Assembly: GCA_034522055.1 (NCBI GenBank)
Contig: JAXHLS010000006.1
Location: 705,643-769,642 of the forward strand
From: Gammaproteobacteria bacterium
GTDB taxonomy: Bacteria > Pseudomonadota > Gammaproteobacteria > JAABTG01
DNA: 64,000 nucleotides
Direction of reading: 5' to 3'
The notes below the pieces were generated by a model. The model searched no databases. It saw only the letters and a program-made list of their open reading frames with translations, and was not told the DNA's origin. The translations under genes were made by a program, and so were the position numbers. The first letter of the stretch is position 1; each line of letters starts with the position of its first letter. Shown in pieces: positions 26,871 through 38,607 of this stretch.

Positions 26871-28115
26871 TTGGTGATGACAGCGGTCGATGACAGTGAG
26901 CTGCAGCGCTTTCCGGCCCTCCGAAGTCTCTCGGCGGAGGCATTGCACGAACTCAAACGTAACGCGACGGTGATCACCGGAGCCGCACGGGGCAAGCCGC
27001 TGTTCACCCTGCGCGATACGCGACCGGAGACCTTCTTCCTGCTCGCCGGCTCCCTGCGCTTGGAACGTCCCGACGGCACCGGCTTCAACCTGCGGGCCGG
27101 CGAAGCCGCCGCCCTGCAACCATTGGGCGCCGGCCACCCCGGCAGGCTCTCGGCGACGTCGTTGTCGCCCGTACGCTGCCTCAAGGTGGATGCGGACCTC
27201 CTGAGCGTGCTCCAGCGCGCCGATGAACCGGAGGATTACGCCATAGACGAACTCCACGCGGATGACGAGGAGCCGGATAACCGCCTGTTGTTCCGCATCT
27301 ATCAGGATTACATCGACGACAAACTGGATATCCCTCAGATCCCCGAGATCAGCCTGCGTGTGCGCAAGGCCGTGGAGCAGCCCGAGGTGGATATTCCCAT
27401 GGTGGCGCGCATCATCCAGGCGGATCCTGCGCTCGTAGCGCGCCTGGTACGGGTGGCCAACAGCGCCCTCTATGCCGGAGCCTCACCGGTGGGCAATATT
27501 CGGGATGCCCTGGTGCGCCTCGGCCTCAGTGTGACACGGGATCTGGTCACCAGCTTCACCCTTCAGCATCTGTTCAATACCGAGCACGCCATGGTCAAGC
27601 AGCGCATCCTCAAGGTGTGGCAGCACAGCACCATGGTGGCCGCCGTGAGTTTCATCCTCGCGCGCCTGACCCGGCTCTACGAGCCGGAACACGCGCTGCT
27701 CGCGGGCCTGCTGCATGACATCGGCACCGCGACTCTCCTGCAACAGGCGGATACCTGCGAGGCCCTGGCCGGGAACGCCAAGGGGCTGGAGGAGGTGGTG
27801 GTGAAGCTGAGGGGGCAGGTGGGGGCCATGGTGCTGGAGAAGTGGGGCTTCAGTACCGACCTGGTGAACGTCGCCCGCGAGGCCTATGTCTGGTACCGGG
27901 ACGACAGCCCCGAACATGACTTGTGCGACCTCGTGATCGTGGCGAACCTGCACTGCATGGGCGGCGATGCCGAGGCCCTCGGGGCGCCACCCATGGAACT
28001 GGTCCCAGCCTACAGGAAACTGAGCCTCGGTGACCTCACCGAGAGTCAGCAGCTCAAGATCCTCGAGGATGCCAAGAAGGAGATCAGCGAGATGCGGCGC
28101 CTGCTGCTGGGATGA
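26871..28115 (+). CDS. Signal-transduction protein with an N-terminal cyclic-nucleotide-binding-like domain and a C-terminal HDOD domain
   Basis: 414 aa. The HDOD core is ARLVRVANSALYAGASPVGNIRDALVRLGL...LLHDIG. Confidence 0.7.
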   Translation: MVMTAVDDSELQRFPALRSLSAEALHELKRNATVITGAARGKPLFTLRDTRPETFFLLAGSLRLERPDGTGFNLRAGEAAALQPLGAGHPGRLSATSLSPVRCLKVDADLLSVLQRADEPEDYAIDELHADDEEPDNRLLFRIYQDYIDDKLDIPQIPEISLRVRKAVEQPEVDIPMVARIIQADPALVARLVRVANSALYAGASPVGNIRDALVRLGLSVTRDLVTSFTLQHLFNTEHAMVKQRILKVWQHSTMVAAVSFILARLTRLYEPEHALLAGLLHDIGTATLLQQADTCEALAGNAKGLEEVVVKLRGQVGAMVLEKWGFSTDLVNVAREAYVWYRDDSPEHDLCDLVIVANLHCMGGDAEALGAPPMELVPAYRKLSLGDLTESQQLKILEDAKKEISEMRRLLLG

Positions 28116-28313
28116 CTCCGGGTGAGTCCGTGAGCCCATGTCCAGGGCACATGGTCAGGGCAACATAGAGGGGCGCGATAGGAACTGCCGCAGCTTGCGG
28201 CAAGCTGGAACCCATGGCGGAACCCATGGCCGCGGGAGTACGCTGGAATGGCTATTATTTAACATAATATACATTATGCGCAATAAAGTAAGGGGCGCGG
28301 TCGGCCGCTGTAA

Positions 28314-28967
28314 GTGGTTTCCGGGTGCCGGGAATGTCCTGGCCCCTTCCATGTCGGGGATCCGCCCTTGAAAGAATTCGACGAGCACGTGGGACGCGCC
28401 CTGTTGCAGGCCATGCACGGCATGTCCAAGGCCATCGCCTTTCGTGACGCCTATACGGCCAATCACCAGGCCCATGTCTCGGCCCTGGCGCGCAGCATCG
28501 GCCAGCAGATCGGGTTGTCCAGTCACGAACTCGAGGGGATCCGGGTGGCGGGCAACCTCCATGACATCGGCAAGATCGGCATCCCAGGCTCCATCCTCAA
28601 CAAGACCTCGGCCCTCAGCGACGAGGAATACGAGCTCATAAAAACTCACGCGAGGATCGGTGCGCAAATACTTGATGATATTGAGTTTCCATGGCCCGTT
28701 CGGGATATGGTCTTTCAGCATCACGAACGCATCGATGGCTCCGGTTATCCCCAGGGACTGCGCGGTGACGCCATCGCCCTGGGGGCCCAGATCCTGGGCA
28801 TCGCGGATACCCTGAACGCCATCGTATCTCACAGGCCCTATTGTCCGGCACGCTCCCTGGAATCCGCCCTCGCCATCATCAGCGATGCCCGGGGCGTGCT
28901 CTTCGATGACCGTCTGGTGGTCGCCTGTATCGAGGTGGCCCCGCGCTTCCGCGACCAGCGCCCCTGA
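28314..28967 (+). CDS. Stand-alone HD-GYP domain phosphohydrolase (putative c-di-GMP phosphodiesterase)
   Basis: HD motif GNLHDIGKIGIP, HHERIDGSGYPQGL (the GYP signature). No receiver or sensor domain. The true start is uncertain (TTG ~28369, GTG ~28388 or ATG ~28413). Confidence 0.75.
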   Translation: MVSGCRECPGPFHVGDPPLKEFDEHVGRALLQAMHGMSKAIAFRDAYTANHQAHVSALARSIGQQIGLSSHELEGIRVAGNLHDIGKIGIPGSILNKTSALSDEEYELIKTHARIGAQILDDIEFPWPVRDMVFQHHERIDGSGYPQGLRGDAIALGAQILGIADTLNAIVSHRPYCPARSLESALAIISDARGVLFDDRLVVACIEVAPRFRDQRP

Positions 28968-29064
28968 GAGACCGCGGTGCGGTTCTTGGTTCCGGGCTTT
29001 GCGTCCCCCGGGTCCACCCTGATAGTTTGCCCCCGAAACGCTGTCCAACCCCCAGGAGCCGCCG

Positions 29065-30207
29065 GTGTGGCATGACCAGTTTCCCCTTCGTCCCGGCCTC
29101 GTTCATCTGAACCACGCCGGTGTCTCCCCGTGGCCCCGGTGCGCCCATGACGCGGTGGTGGATTTCGCCGCGGAGAATCTGAGCCAGGGCTCTCGCGACT
29201 ATCCCCGCTGGCTGCAGACGGAGACCCACCTGCGCGAGTCTCTGGCCCGGCTCATCAACGCCGGCTCGGCGGACGACATCGCCCTGGTGAAGAGCACCTC
29301 CGAGGCCCTCTCCTTCGTGGCCTACGGGTACCCCTGGCGGGCCGGCGACAACGTGGTCCATCCCCTGCACGAGTTCCCGTCCAATCGAGTCGTCTGGGGA
29401 TCCCTGGTATCCCGCGGCGTGGAGGCCCGGGCCGTGGATATCCGGCGCGCCGAGGATGCGGAAGGTGCCCTGATCGAGGCCTGCGATGACCACACTCGCA
29501 TCCTCGCCGTCAGCGCGGTGCAGTATGCCGATGGGTTCCGGATGGATCTGCCCCGTCTGGCGGCGGCCTGCCGCCGGCGCCAGATCCTGCTGTGCGTGGA
29601 TGCCATCCAGCAACTCGGTGCCCTGCCCCTGGATGTGCGGGACATGGGGCTGGATTTCCTCGCCGCCGACGGCCACAAGTGGCTGCTCGGCCCCGAGGGC
29701 CTGGGGGTCTTCTATTGCCGCCCCGAGTTGCGGGAACGCCTGGACCTGACCCAGTTCGGCTGGCACATGTTGGAGGATATGGGTGACTTCGACCGTCTCG
29801 ACTGGCGGCCAGCCACCACGGCCCGACGCTTCGAGTGTGGCAGCCCCAACATGACGGCGGTGCACGCCCTGGCGGCGAGCGTGGACCTGATCCTGGAGAC
29901 CGGGCTTGCCGTCATTTCCGAGAACATTTCGAGAAAGGTTAATTATCTGATTGAAAAAATTAATGAAATCCCAGGAGGATTCCTGGTGACGCGAACGGAT
30001 CCCGGGCGCCTCGCCGGTATCGTGACCTTCGGCATCGCGGCCGTGGACGCCCCCTGTCTGTACCGGCGCCTCATGGCCGCCGACGTGTTGTGTGCCCAAC
30101 GCGCCGGGGGCGTGCGCTTGTCACCCCATTTCTACACCCCGGAGAGTGCCATGGAGGAGGCCATGGAACGGGTGGCCCGCTTGTCCCGCGACTGTGGCGC
30201 CCGATGA
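29065..30207 (+). CDS. Class V aminotransferase-fold PLP enzyme (cysteine desulfurase / isopenicillin-N-epimerase-like)
   Basis: 380 aa. The DAVQ...ADGHKWL motif carries the lysine at the PLP position. Confidence 0.75.
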   Translation: MWHDQFPLRPGLVHLNHAGVSPWPRCAHDAVVDFAAENLSQGSRDYPRWLQTETHLRESLARLINAGSADDIALVKSTSEALSFVAYGYPWRAGDNVVHPLHEFPSNRVVWGSLVSRGVEARAVDIRRAEDAEGALIEACDDHTRILAVSAVQYADGFRMDLPRLAAACRRRQILLCVDAIQQLGALPLDVRDMGLDFLAADGHKWLLGPEGLGVFYCRPELRERLDLTQFGWHMLEDMGDFDRLDWRPATTARRFECGSPNMTAVHALAASVDLILETGLAVISENISRKVNYLIEKINEIPGGFLVTRTDPGRLAGIVTFGIAAVDAPCLYRRLMAADVLCAQRAGGVRLSPHFYTPESAMEEAMERVARLSRDCGAR

Positions 30208-30222
30208 ACGCCAAAGCATTTA

Positions 30223-30369
30223 TCTCTCACGGAGGCACGGAGGCACGGAGAACCAAGACAAGAGCGTATTGCTTTCCGTATGGTGATGCGGAACGGGGGT
30301 CTCTCGCCGAGGCCGCCATTCAGGCCCAGGCATCTGTCTTTCTCAGTGCCTCCGTGCCTCCGTGAGAGA
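30223..30369. repeat. 28-bp inverted repeat (TCTCTCACGGAGGCACGGAGGCACGGAG / CTCAGTGCCTCCGTGCCTCCGTGAGAGA) flanking a 91-bp loop; each arm contains a GGAGGCAC direct repeat
   Basis: Read directly. It sits between the convergent aminotransferase (stop 30207) and tatD (stop 30428). Confidence 0.55.
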
Positions 30370-30427
30370 CTATATTGCAGATCTAATTAAGATCCGGTGT
30401 GGTCCAGGGGGCAAGAGGATGGCTTTC

Positions 30428-31204
30428 TCAGGGTTTTGGGAAGAGCCGGAAGAAGTTGTCCGTGGTGGCCGCCGCGAGTTCGTCCAGCCCGATGCCCCGC
30501 AGGGACGCCACCGTTTCCGCGACGTGGCGGGTATAGGCGGGCTGGTTGGTCTTGCCGCGATGGGGCGTGGGAGCGAGCCACGGCGAATCCGTTTCCACCA
30601 GCATGGCGTCGAGGGGCACCTCTTGGGCGACCGCCTGCAGTTCCCGGGCATTCTTGAAGGTGACGATGCCCGAGAAGGATATCATGAAGCCCAGGTCCAT
30701 GGACTGCTTCGCAGTATCCAAATCCTCGGCAAAACAATGCATTACGCCGCCTACCTCATAAGCATTTTCTTCTTTGAGCAGGCGCAGGGTGTCCGCGGCC
30801 GCCTGGCGGCAGTGGATGATCAGGGGCTTGCCCGTCTCCCGGGCCGCGCGGATATGGCGGCGGAAGCGGTCACGCTGCCATTCCAGGTCACCTTCGCTGC
30901 GGAAGTAATCCAGCCCCGTCTCACCGATGGCCACCACCTCCGGGTGGTCCGCCCAGGCCAGGAGATCATCCACGGACACGTCATCGGGACCGCTCTCTTC
31001 GTTGGGATGGATGCCGGCACTGGCGGATACCTGGGGATAGCGTTCGGCGATAGCGCGCACGGTGGCCACGTTGCCGCGGTTGACCGAGATACACAGCAAG
31101 TGTTCGATGCCGGCCGCGCTGGCGTTTTCCAGCACGGCGTCCAGGGAACCGCCGCACTGTTCCAGGTCCAGCAGGTCGAGATGACAGTGGGAATCTACCA
31201 GCAT
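30428..31204 (-). CDS. tatD: TatD-family metal-dependent hydrolase/DNase
   Basis: MLVDSHCHLDL start; conserved His/Glu/Asp metal ligands. Confidence 0.85.
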   Translation of the reverse strand: MLVDSHCHLDLLDLEQCGGSLDAVLENASAAGIEHLLCISVNRGNVATVRAIAERYPQVSASAGIHPNEESGPDDVSVDDLLAWADHPEVVAIGETGLDYFRSEGDLEWQRDRFRRHIRAARETGKPLIIHCRQAAADTLRLLKEENAYEVGGVMHCFAEDLDTAKQSMDLGFMISFSGIVTFKNARELQAVAQEVPLDAMLVETDSPWLAPTPHRGKTNQPAYTRHVAETVASLRGIGLDELAAATTDNFFRLFPKP

Positions 31205-31211
31205 TTAACCT

Positions 31212-31556
31212 TCACATGGTGTGGGTCTGGCGGTCGGACTTGAGGGCCGCGGCGAGGTGATTCTCGATCTTGTTCTTGGTGGCGCCGTTGTCAAGTTCGC
31301 TGAATTGCACGCCGATGCCCGAAGTACGATTACCCTGGGCCCCGCGAGGTGTCACCCACACGATACGGCCCGCCACCGGCAGTTTGTCCTTCTCGTCCAT
31401 GAGGGTGAGCAGCATGAACACCTCGTCGCCGATGTGATAGGCCTTGCTGGTGGGGATGAAAAGGCCGCCGTTCTTGATGAAGGGCATGTAGGCGGCGTAG
31501 AGCGCGCTTTTGTCCTTGATGGTGAGGGACAGGATCCCCTGTTTTGGTCCGGCCAC
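31212..31556 (-). CDS. pilZ: Type IV pilus assembly PilZ protein
   Basis: 114 aa, PilZ-like N-terminus. It lies between holB and tatD, the same order as the Pseudomonas tmk-holB-pilZ locus. Confidence 0.75.
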   Translation of the reverse strand: MAGPKQGILSLTIKDKSALYAAYMPFIKNGGLFIPTSKAYHIGDEVFMLLTLMDEKDKLPVAGRIVWVTPRGAQGNRTSGIGVQFSELDNGATKNKIENHLAAALKSDRQTHTM

Positions 31557-31589
31557 TGGCTACCTCCTCCCGATCTGAATTACCACGGC

Positions 31590-32590
31590 TCATTTACCAC
31601 GGCCGCCCGCCTGGTAGAGCGGAATGGCGATCTGCTCCGCGAGACTGTTGTGGCTGAGGCTGTGACGCTGGGCCAGGGCCTCGGCGAGGCGGTTCAGGCG
31701 GGCGTCGATGGCGAATAATAGCGCCAATTCATGGCCCAACGACAGGTGGGCGGGGCTCTCGTCCGTCACGACGTGGCGCAGGCTCGCCCCGGAGGGATCG
31801 CAGGCTCCACGTATGGCGTCCTGGATGAGGCCCTGCAGCCACGGCAGCACCACCTCCAGTCCGATCTTGGACCAGCGTTGCGCCACCGTCACGGGGTCCG
31901 CCCGGCCGTGGGCGAGGTCCCGGACCTCGGCGGCCACCCTGCCCCCCTCTTCCAGCGCCCCCTCCCCCGCCAGGGCCAGGGCGCGCAAAGGGGTGCCACC
32001 CGTGATGCCCAGCAGGTTGGTGGCGGCCGCCTCATCGAGGCCTTGGGCCTGCAGCCAGCCGCTGGCCGGCTCGCCATAACAGGGGGCAAGCCTGACGGCC
32101 TGACAGCGACTGCGGATGGTGGCCGACAACTGGCTCGCGCGATGACTGACCAGCAGCAGCACCGTCAGGGGCGGCGGTTCCTCCAGCGTCTTCAGGAGGC
32201 TGTCCGCCGCGGCGGGCGTCATGGCATCCGCCGGATTGACCACACAGACCTTGTAGGGCCCGCGGCTGCGGGTCAGAAAGATGGTTTGATTCATCTCCCG
32301 GATCTGGTGGATCTTGAGGGCCACCGCGTCCTCCTCGGGCTCCCACAGGCCGTAATCCGGATGGGCGCCGCCGGCGAACTGAAGACAGCCCGGGCAGCGG
32401 CCGCACGCGGCGCCTGCGCTTTCCTCACACAACAGGGCGCCGGCCAGGGCCGCCGCGAAGGCCCTCTTGCCAATGCCGGCGGGGCCACCGATGAGCAGGG
32501 CGTGGGGGAAGCGTCCCGCGGCCTTGCGTGCCATCAGCTGGCGCCAGGGTTCCTGCTGCCAGGGCAGCACTCGATCCATCCCCAGGGCCA

Positions 32591-32591
<1 letters not shown>
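31590..32591 (-). CDS. holB: DNA polymerase III delta-prime subunit
   Basis: Walker A GPAGIGKRAF. Zinc module CGRCPGC. Confidence 0.85.
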
Positions 32592-34296
<1,705 letters not shown>

Positions 34297-34301
34297 GGGT
34301 C

Positions 34302-35135
34302 TCAGGCCTCCAGCGGGTAGGCCAATGCGTCTTTTGCCGCCAGGATCCCCTGCAACCTGCGGGTCAGGGGGCCCTGTGGCATGGCGGTACCATCGAACCA
34401 GACGACGGGCCAGATCCCGGCCACGCTGTTGCAGACGAAGACCTCGGAGGCCTGCTTGAGCTGTGCCACGGGAATGGCCGTCACGGCCACCGGGATGCCG
34501 GCCTCCGCCGCCCCTTCCAGGAGTACCTCGCGGACGATCCCCGCCACGCCGCTCCGTTCCAAGGACGGCGTATAGAGCATATCGTCCTTCACCATGAAGA
34601 CGTTGGAAGCGGTGCCCTCCACTACCTCGCCTTCCAGATTCAGCATCAGGCCTTCGGCAGGATCGTCGGCGGACCATTCGGCACGGGCCAGGACGTTCTC
34701 CAGCCGCGAGGTGTGCTTGATGCGCGCCAGAGCCGGGTTGGCCGACGACGGGGTGATGCAGCGCCTTACGCTGATACCCCGGCGCGCCCGTTCCTCCACC
34801 TGTTGCGGCCAGGGATGGATGCTGACGATGCGCAGGGGCTCCGCCTTGGCCGGAGGCCGGTAACCGCGCCCGCCGGATCCTCGTGTCAGCAGCACCTTCA
34901 CTACGGCCTGCTGTTGATCCCGGCACAGCGCCGTGACCTCGTCGTCGAGGGTCGCCGCGGCGGGTGGGGGGATCCTGAGTTGGCGACAGCCGCGGTGGAG
35001 ACGTTCCCGATGGCGCTCCCACAGCAAGGGCCGACCATCCCTCACGGCACAGGTCTCGAACAGGCCATCGCCGTAATTGAGACCACGGTCGTCAGGAGAC
35101 ACCGTTCCCTGGGGTGTACCGTTGATCATGAGCAC
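34302..35135 (-). CDS. pabC: Aminodeoxychorismate lyase (class IV aminotransferase fold)
   Basis: 277 aa. Position between fabF and mltG as in E. coli. Motifs GLNYGDGLFET and EVFVCNSVAGIWPV. Confidence 0.75.
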   Translation of the reverse strand: MLMINGTPQGTVSPDDRGLNYGDGLFETCAVRDGRPLLWERHRERLHRGCRQLRIPPPAAATLDDEVTALCRDQQQAVVKVLLTRGSGGRGYRPPAKAEPLRIVSIHPWPQQVEERARRGISVRRCITPSSANPALARIKHTSRLENVLARAEWSADDPAEGLMLNLEGEVVEGTASNVFMVKDDMLYTPSLERSGVAGIVREVLLEGAAEAGIPVAVTAIPVAQLKQASEVFVCNSVAGIWPVVWFDGTAMPQGPLTRRLQGILAAKDALAYPLEA

Positions 35136-35168
35136 GGGAGGCGAACCCGGAAACCAGGCGGCTGTGAA

Positions 35169-36407
35169 TCAGGTGACGTGTTTGAAAATCAGGGTGCCGT
35201 TGGTGCCGCCGAAGCCGAAGGAGTTGGACATGGCCACGTCCAGCTTCATCTGTCGGGCCTCCTTGGGGACATAATCCAGGTCGCACTGGGGATCCGGCTC
35301 TTCCAGGTTGATGGTGGGTGGCGCCACCTGGTCACGCAGGGCGAGGATGCAGAACACCGCCTCGACGCCGCCGGCGGCCCCCAGCAGATGACCGATCATG
35401 GACTTGGTGGAACTCACGGCCACCTTGTATGCGTGGTCGCCGAAGGTATGCTTGATGGCATCGGTCTCGGCGATGTCACCTGCCGGGGTGGAGGTGCCGT
35501 GGGCGTTGATGTAATCCACCGCCTCCGGCGTCATACCGGCATCGGCGAGGGCAATCTCCATGCAGCGGCTGGCGCCCTCGCCGCCGGGGGACGGCGCGGT
35601 CATGTGGTAGGCGTCGCTGCTCATACCGAAGCCCGCCAGTTCACAGTAGATGCGGGCGCCCCTCGCCTTTGCATGCTCGTATTCCTCCAGCACCACGACA
35701 CCGGCGCCGTCCGCCAGCACGAAGCCGTCCCGGCCCACGTCCCAGGGACGGCTCGCGCGCTCCGGCTCGTCGTTGCGGGTGGACAGAGCCCGGGCAGATG
35801 CGAAACCGGCCACCCCGAGGGGGCATGTGGCCATCTCGGCGCCGCCGGCCACCATGACATCCACGTCGCCCCGCTCGATCATGCGTCCGGCGTCACCGAT
35901 GTTGTGGGTGCCCGTGGAACAGGCCGTGACGATGCCGTAGTTGGGCCCCTTGATGCCGTACTCGATGGACAGGTTGCCGGCGATCATGTTGATGATGTTG
36001 CTGGGCACGAAGAAGGGTGAGACCTTGCGCGCGCCTCCCCGGACCAGGGCATCACAACCTTTTTCGATGCCCGGCAGACCACCGATGCCTGATCCGATGG
36101 CAATGCCGATGCGCTCGGCATTGGCCTCGGTGACCGCTATACCCGAATCCTGTATGGCCTGCATCCCGGCGGCGATGCCGTAGTGGATGAAGGGGTCCAT
36201 CTTCTTGGCCTCTTTGGGCTTGATGTACTGCGAGACGTCGAAGTCCTTCACCGTAGCCGCGAAGCGCACGCTGAAGTCCGAGACATCGAAGTGGGTAATG
36301 GGGGCCATACCACTCTTGCCGGCAACGATGTTCCGCCAGGTATCTTCGACCGTATTCCCCACGGGCGACACCATGCCCAGGCCCGTTACGACAACCCGTC
36401 TTCTCAA
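35169..36407 (-). CDS. fabF: Beta-ketoacyl-ACP synthase II
   Basis: Start reassigned to TTG 36407 (GGAGGA 8 nt upstream), giving (M)[16 protein letters not shown] like E. coli [13 protein letters not shown]. Active-site Cys in the ACSTG motif; His/His catalytic residues. Confidence 0.9.
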   Translation of the reverse strand: MRRRVVVTGLGMVSPVGNTVEDTWRNIVAGKSGMAPITHFDVSDFSVRFAATVKDFDVSQYIKPKEAKKMDPFIHYGIAAGMQAIQDSGIAVTEANAERIGIAIGSGIGGLPGIEKGCDALVRGGARKVSPFFVPSNIINMIAGNLSIEYGIKGPNYGIVTACSTGTHNIGDAGRMIERGDVDVMVAGGAEMATCPLGVAGFASARALSTRNDEPERASRPWDVGRDGFVLADGAGVVVLEEYEHAKARGARIYCELAGFGMSSDAYHMTAPSPGGEGASRCMEIALADAGMTPEAVDYINAHGTSTPAGDIAETDAIKHTFGDHAYKVAVSSTKSMIGHLLGAAGGVEAVFCILALRDQVAPPTINLEEPDPQCDLDYVPKEARQMKLDVAMSNSFGFGGTNGTLIFKHVT

Positions 36408-36530
36408 CTCTTCATCCTCCAAGGCCCTCCACGGAACCACGTCATGCCCGGAACACGGTGCAAAAAACGCCAAGGGCCGCCACCGTAGCGACTACGGTCG
36501 GCGGCCCTTGGCATCACGCCGGACGACGAA

Positions 36531-36767
36531 TCAGTCCAGGTGCTGATTGACGTAATCGACGGCCTGCTTGACCGTGGTGATCTTCTCCGCCTCTTCGTCC
36601 GGAATCTCACAGTTGAACTCTTCCTCGAGGGCCATCACCAGTTCAACGGTGTCCAGGGAATCCGCGCCGAGATCATCCACGAATGAGGCTTCACCATTGA
36701 CCTCATCTTCTTTTACGCCGAGCTGTTCCACGACAATCTTCTTGACGCGTTCTTCAATGCTGCTCAT
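36531..36767 (-). CDS. acpP: Acyl carrier protein
   Basis: 78 aa, [18 protein letters not shown]...[20 protein letters not shown] (phosphopantetheine Ser in DSLD). Confidence 0.92.
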   Translation of the reverse strand: MSSIEERVKKIVVEQLGVKEDEVNGEASFVDDLGADSLDTVELVMALEEEFNCEIPDEEAEKITTVKQAVDYVNQHLD

Positions 36768-36902
36768 AAGCTGATAACCCTCCCGGTAAACTGGCCGCGC
36801 TAAGCGCGCCGGCATAGTTTAGTTTAAACAATTCAACATGCAATAACGGGTAGATCCCCCGCCTCCCCCGGAAACGGCATCCGCCGTCGCCAAAAAATTT
36901 CG

Positions 36903-37646
36903 TCAAGACATATACATACCGCCGTTCACGTGGAGCGTCTCGCCGGTGATGTAGGCCCCCGCCGGGGAGGCCAGAAAGACCACGGCCTGCGCCACGTCCT
37001 CCGCCGAACCCAGTCGGCCCAGGGGGATCTGGTCCTTCAGGGTCTCGCGGTGCTCTGCGGACAGCCCCCGGGTCATGTCCGTCTCGATGAAACCCGGTGC
37101 AACCGCGTTCACCGTGATGCCCCTGGGGGCAAGTTCCCGAGCCAATGCCCGGGTCATGCCCTCGACGCCGGATTTGGCGGCACAGTAATTGACTTGCCCG
37201 GCGTTGCCAAGCCTTGCAACCACCGAAGAAATGTTGATGATGCGGCCGCGGCGGGCCTTCATCATGCCCTTGGTGACGCCCTTGGTGACCCGGTAGACAC
37301 CGGTCAGGTTAGTGCCCACCACATCGTCCCACTCGTCTTCTTTCATGCGCAGCACGAGATTGTCGCGGGTGATGCCGGCGTTGTTCACGAGGATGGATGG
37401 TGCGCCAAAACGGGTCTCGATGTCTCCCAACACCGCCATGACGGCCCCACCGTCGGTGACATCGAGGCAGAAGCCCCGCCCCATGACACCCTGTTCAGCC
37501 AGCATTCGGGTGATCATCTCCGCCCCGTCTTCCGTGGTGGCGGTGCCGCAGACCGTGGCACCCTCGGCCCCCAGGGTCAGGGCCACGGCCCGGCCGATAC
37601 CCCGGCTCGCCCCCGTCACCACTGCGATCTCGTTTTCAAGCCGCAC
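36903..37646 (-). CDS. fabG: 3-oxoacyl-ACP reductase
   Basis: TGASRGIGRA Rossmann motif; SDR catalytic YxxxK. Confidence 0.9.
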   Translation of the reverse strand: MRLENEIAVVTGASRGIGRAVALTLGAEGATVCGTATTEDGAEMITRMLAEQGVMGRGFCLDVTDGGAVMAVLGDIETRFGAPSILVNNAGITRDNLVLRMKEDEWDDVVGTNLTGVYRVTKGVTKGMMKARRGRIINISSVVARLGNAGQVNYCAAKSGVEGMTRALARELAPRGITVNAVAPGFIETDMTRGLSAEHRETLKDQIPLGRLGSAEDVAQAVVFLASPAGAYITGETLHVNGGMYMS

Positions 37647-37655
37647 CTGTTTCTC

Positions 37656-38591
37656 CTATGGCTCGACGGCTGAGAGCGCCTTGTCGAGGCTCTCGGCGTC
37701 ATGGATGGGCAGACACGGCATGTCGCGTTCGATGCGTTTGTTAAGCCCTGCGAGCACCTTGCCCGGACCGCATTCCACCGCGCTCCCGACACCCTCCCGG
37801 TACAGCCTGCGTATGGTGTCCACCCATCTTACGGGATGGTGCAGTTGGGCGGCGAGGGCCTGCCTGATGTCATCGGCAACGTCGTGGGTCGCCACGTCTA
37901 CATTGTGAATGACGGGGATGGCCGGGGGGTCAATGGTCACTTCGGAAAGACGTAAGTGGAGCCTTTCTGCCGCCGGTTTCATTAGGCTGCAGTGTGAGGG
38001 AACACTGACCGGCAGGGTAAGCGCCCGCTTCGCGCCCCGCTCCTTGGCCGATGCCACGGCGCGATGAACGGCTGCGGCATGGCCGGCGATCACCACCTGC
38101 CCCGGGGCATTGTAGTTCACCGGCGCCACCACCTGGTCGCCGGCCACGCCCTCGCACACCGCGGCCACCGTGTCGTCATCCAGGCCCAGAATGGCCGCCA
38201 TGGCGCCGCTGCCTTCGGCTACGGCCTCCTGCATGAAGCGCCCTCGATCGGCCACCAGGGCCACGGTGGCAGCGAAATCGAGGGCGCCGGCGCACACCAG
38301 GGCGGTGTATTCGCCGAGGCTATGGCCCGCCATGGACTGGGGCACCGGCCCGCCGGCGGCCCGCCACAGCCGCCATACGGCGACGCCGGCGGTCAACATC
38401 AGGGGTTGGGTGCGATCGGTACGGTTGAGTTCGGACTCGGGGCCCTCCTGGGCGAGCCGCCACAGATCGAGACCCAATACATCGCCCGCCTCCTCGAAGG
38501 TCTCCCGGACGGCCGCCTGATGGCTGCCGAAGGCAGACATCATCTTCAGGGACTGGGAGCCCTGGCCTGGAAAGATACATGCCATCGTCAT
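37656..38591 (-). CDS. fabD: Malonyl-CoA:ACP transacylase
   Basis: Start at MTMACIFPGQGSQ; active-site GHSLGEY. Confidence 0.88.
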   Translation of the reverse strand: MTMACIFPGQGSQSLKMMSAFGSHQAAVRETFEEAGDVLGLDLWRLAQEGPESELNRTDRTQPLMLTAGVAVWRLWRAAGGPVPQSMAGHSLGEYTALVCAGALDFAATVALVADRGRFMQEAVAEGSGAMAAILGLDDDTVAAVCEGVAGDQVVAPVNYNAPGQVVIAGHAAAVHRAVASAKERGAKRALTLPVSVPSHCSLMKPAAERLHLRLSEVTIDPPAIPVIHNVDVATHDVADDIRQALAAQLHHPVRWVDTIRRLYREGVGSAVECGPGKVLAGLNKRIERDMPCLPIHDAESLDKALSAVEP

Positions 38592-38607
38592 TGGAGATAC
38601 CGCCTGA

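Noticed and set aside
31212-31556. pilZ embedded in the tmk-holB-tatD housekeeping cluster, looked like an insertion
   Set aside because: This exact arrangement (tmk-holB-pilZ-tatD/ycfH) is the conserved location of pilZ in Pseudomonas/Xanthomonas-type genomes. It is not an anomaly.
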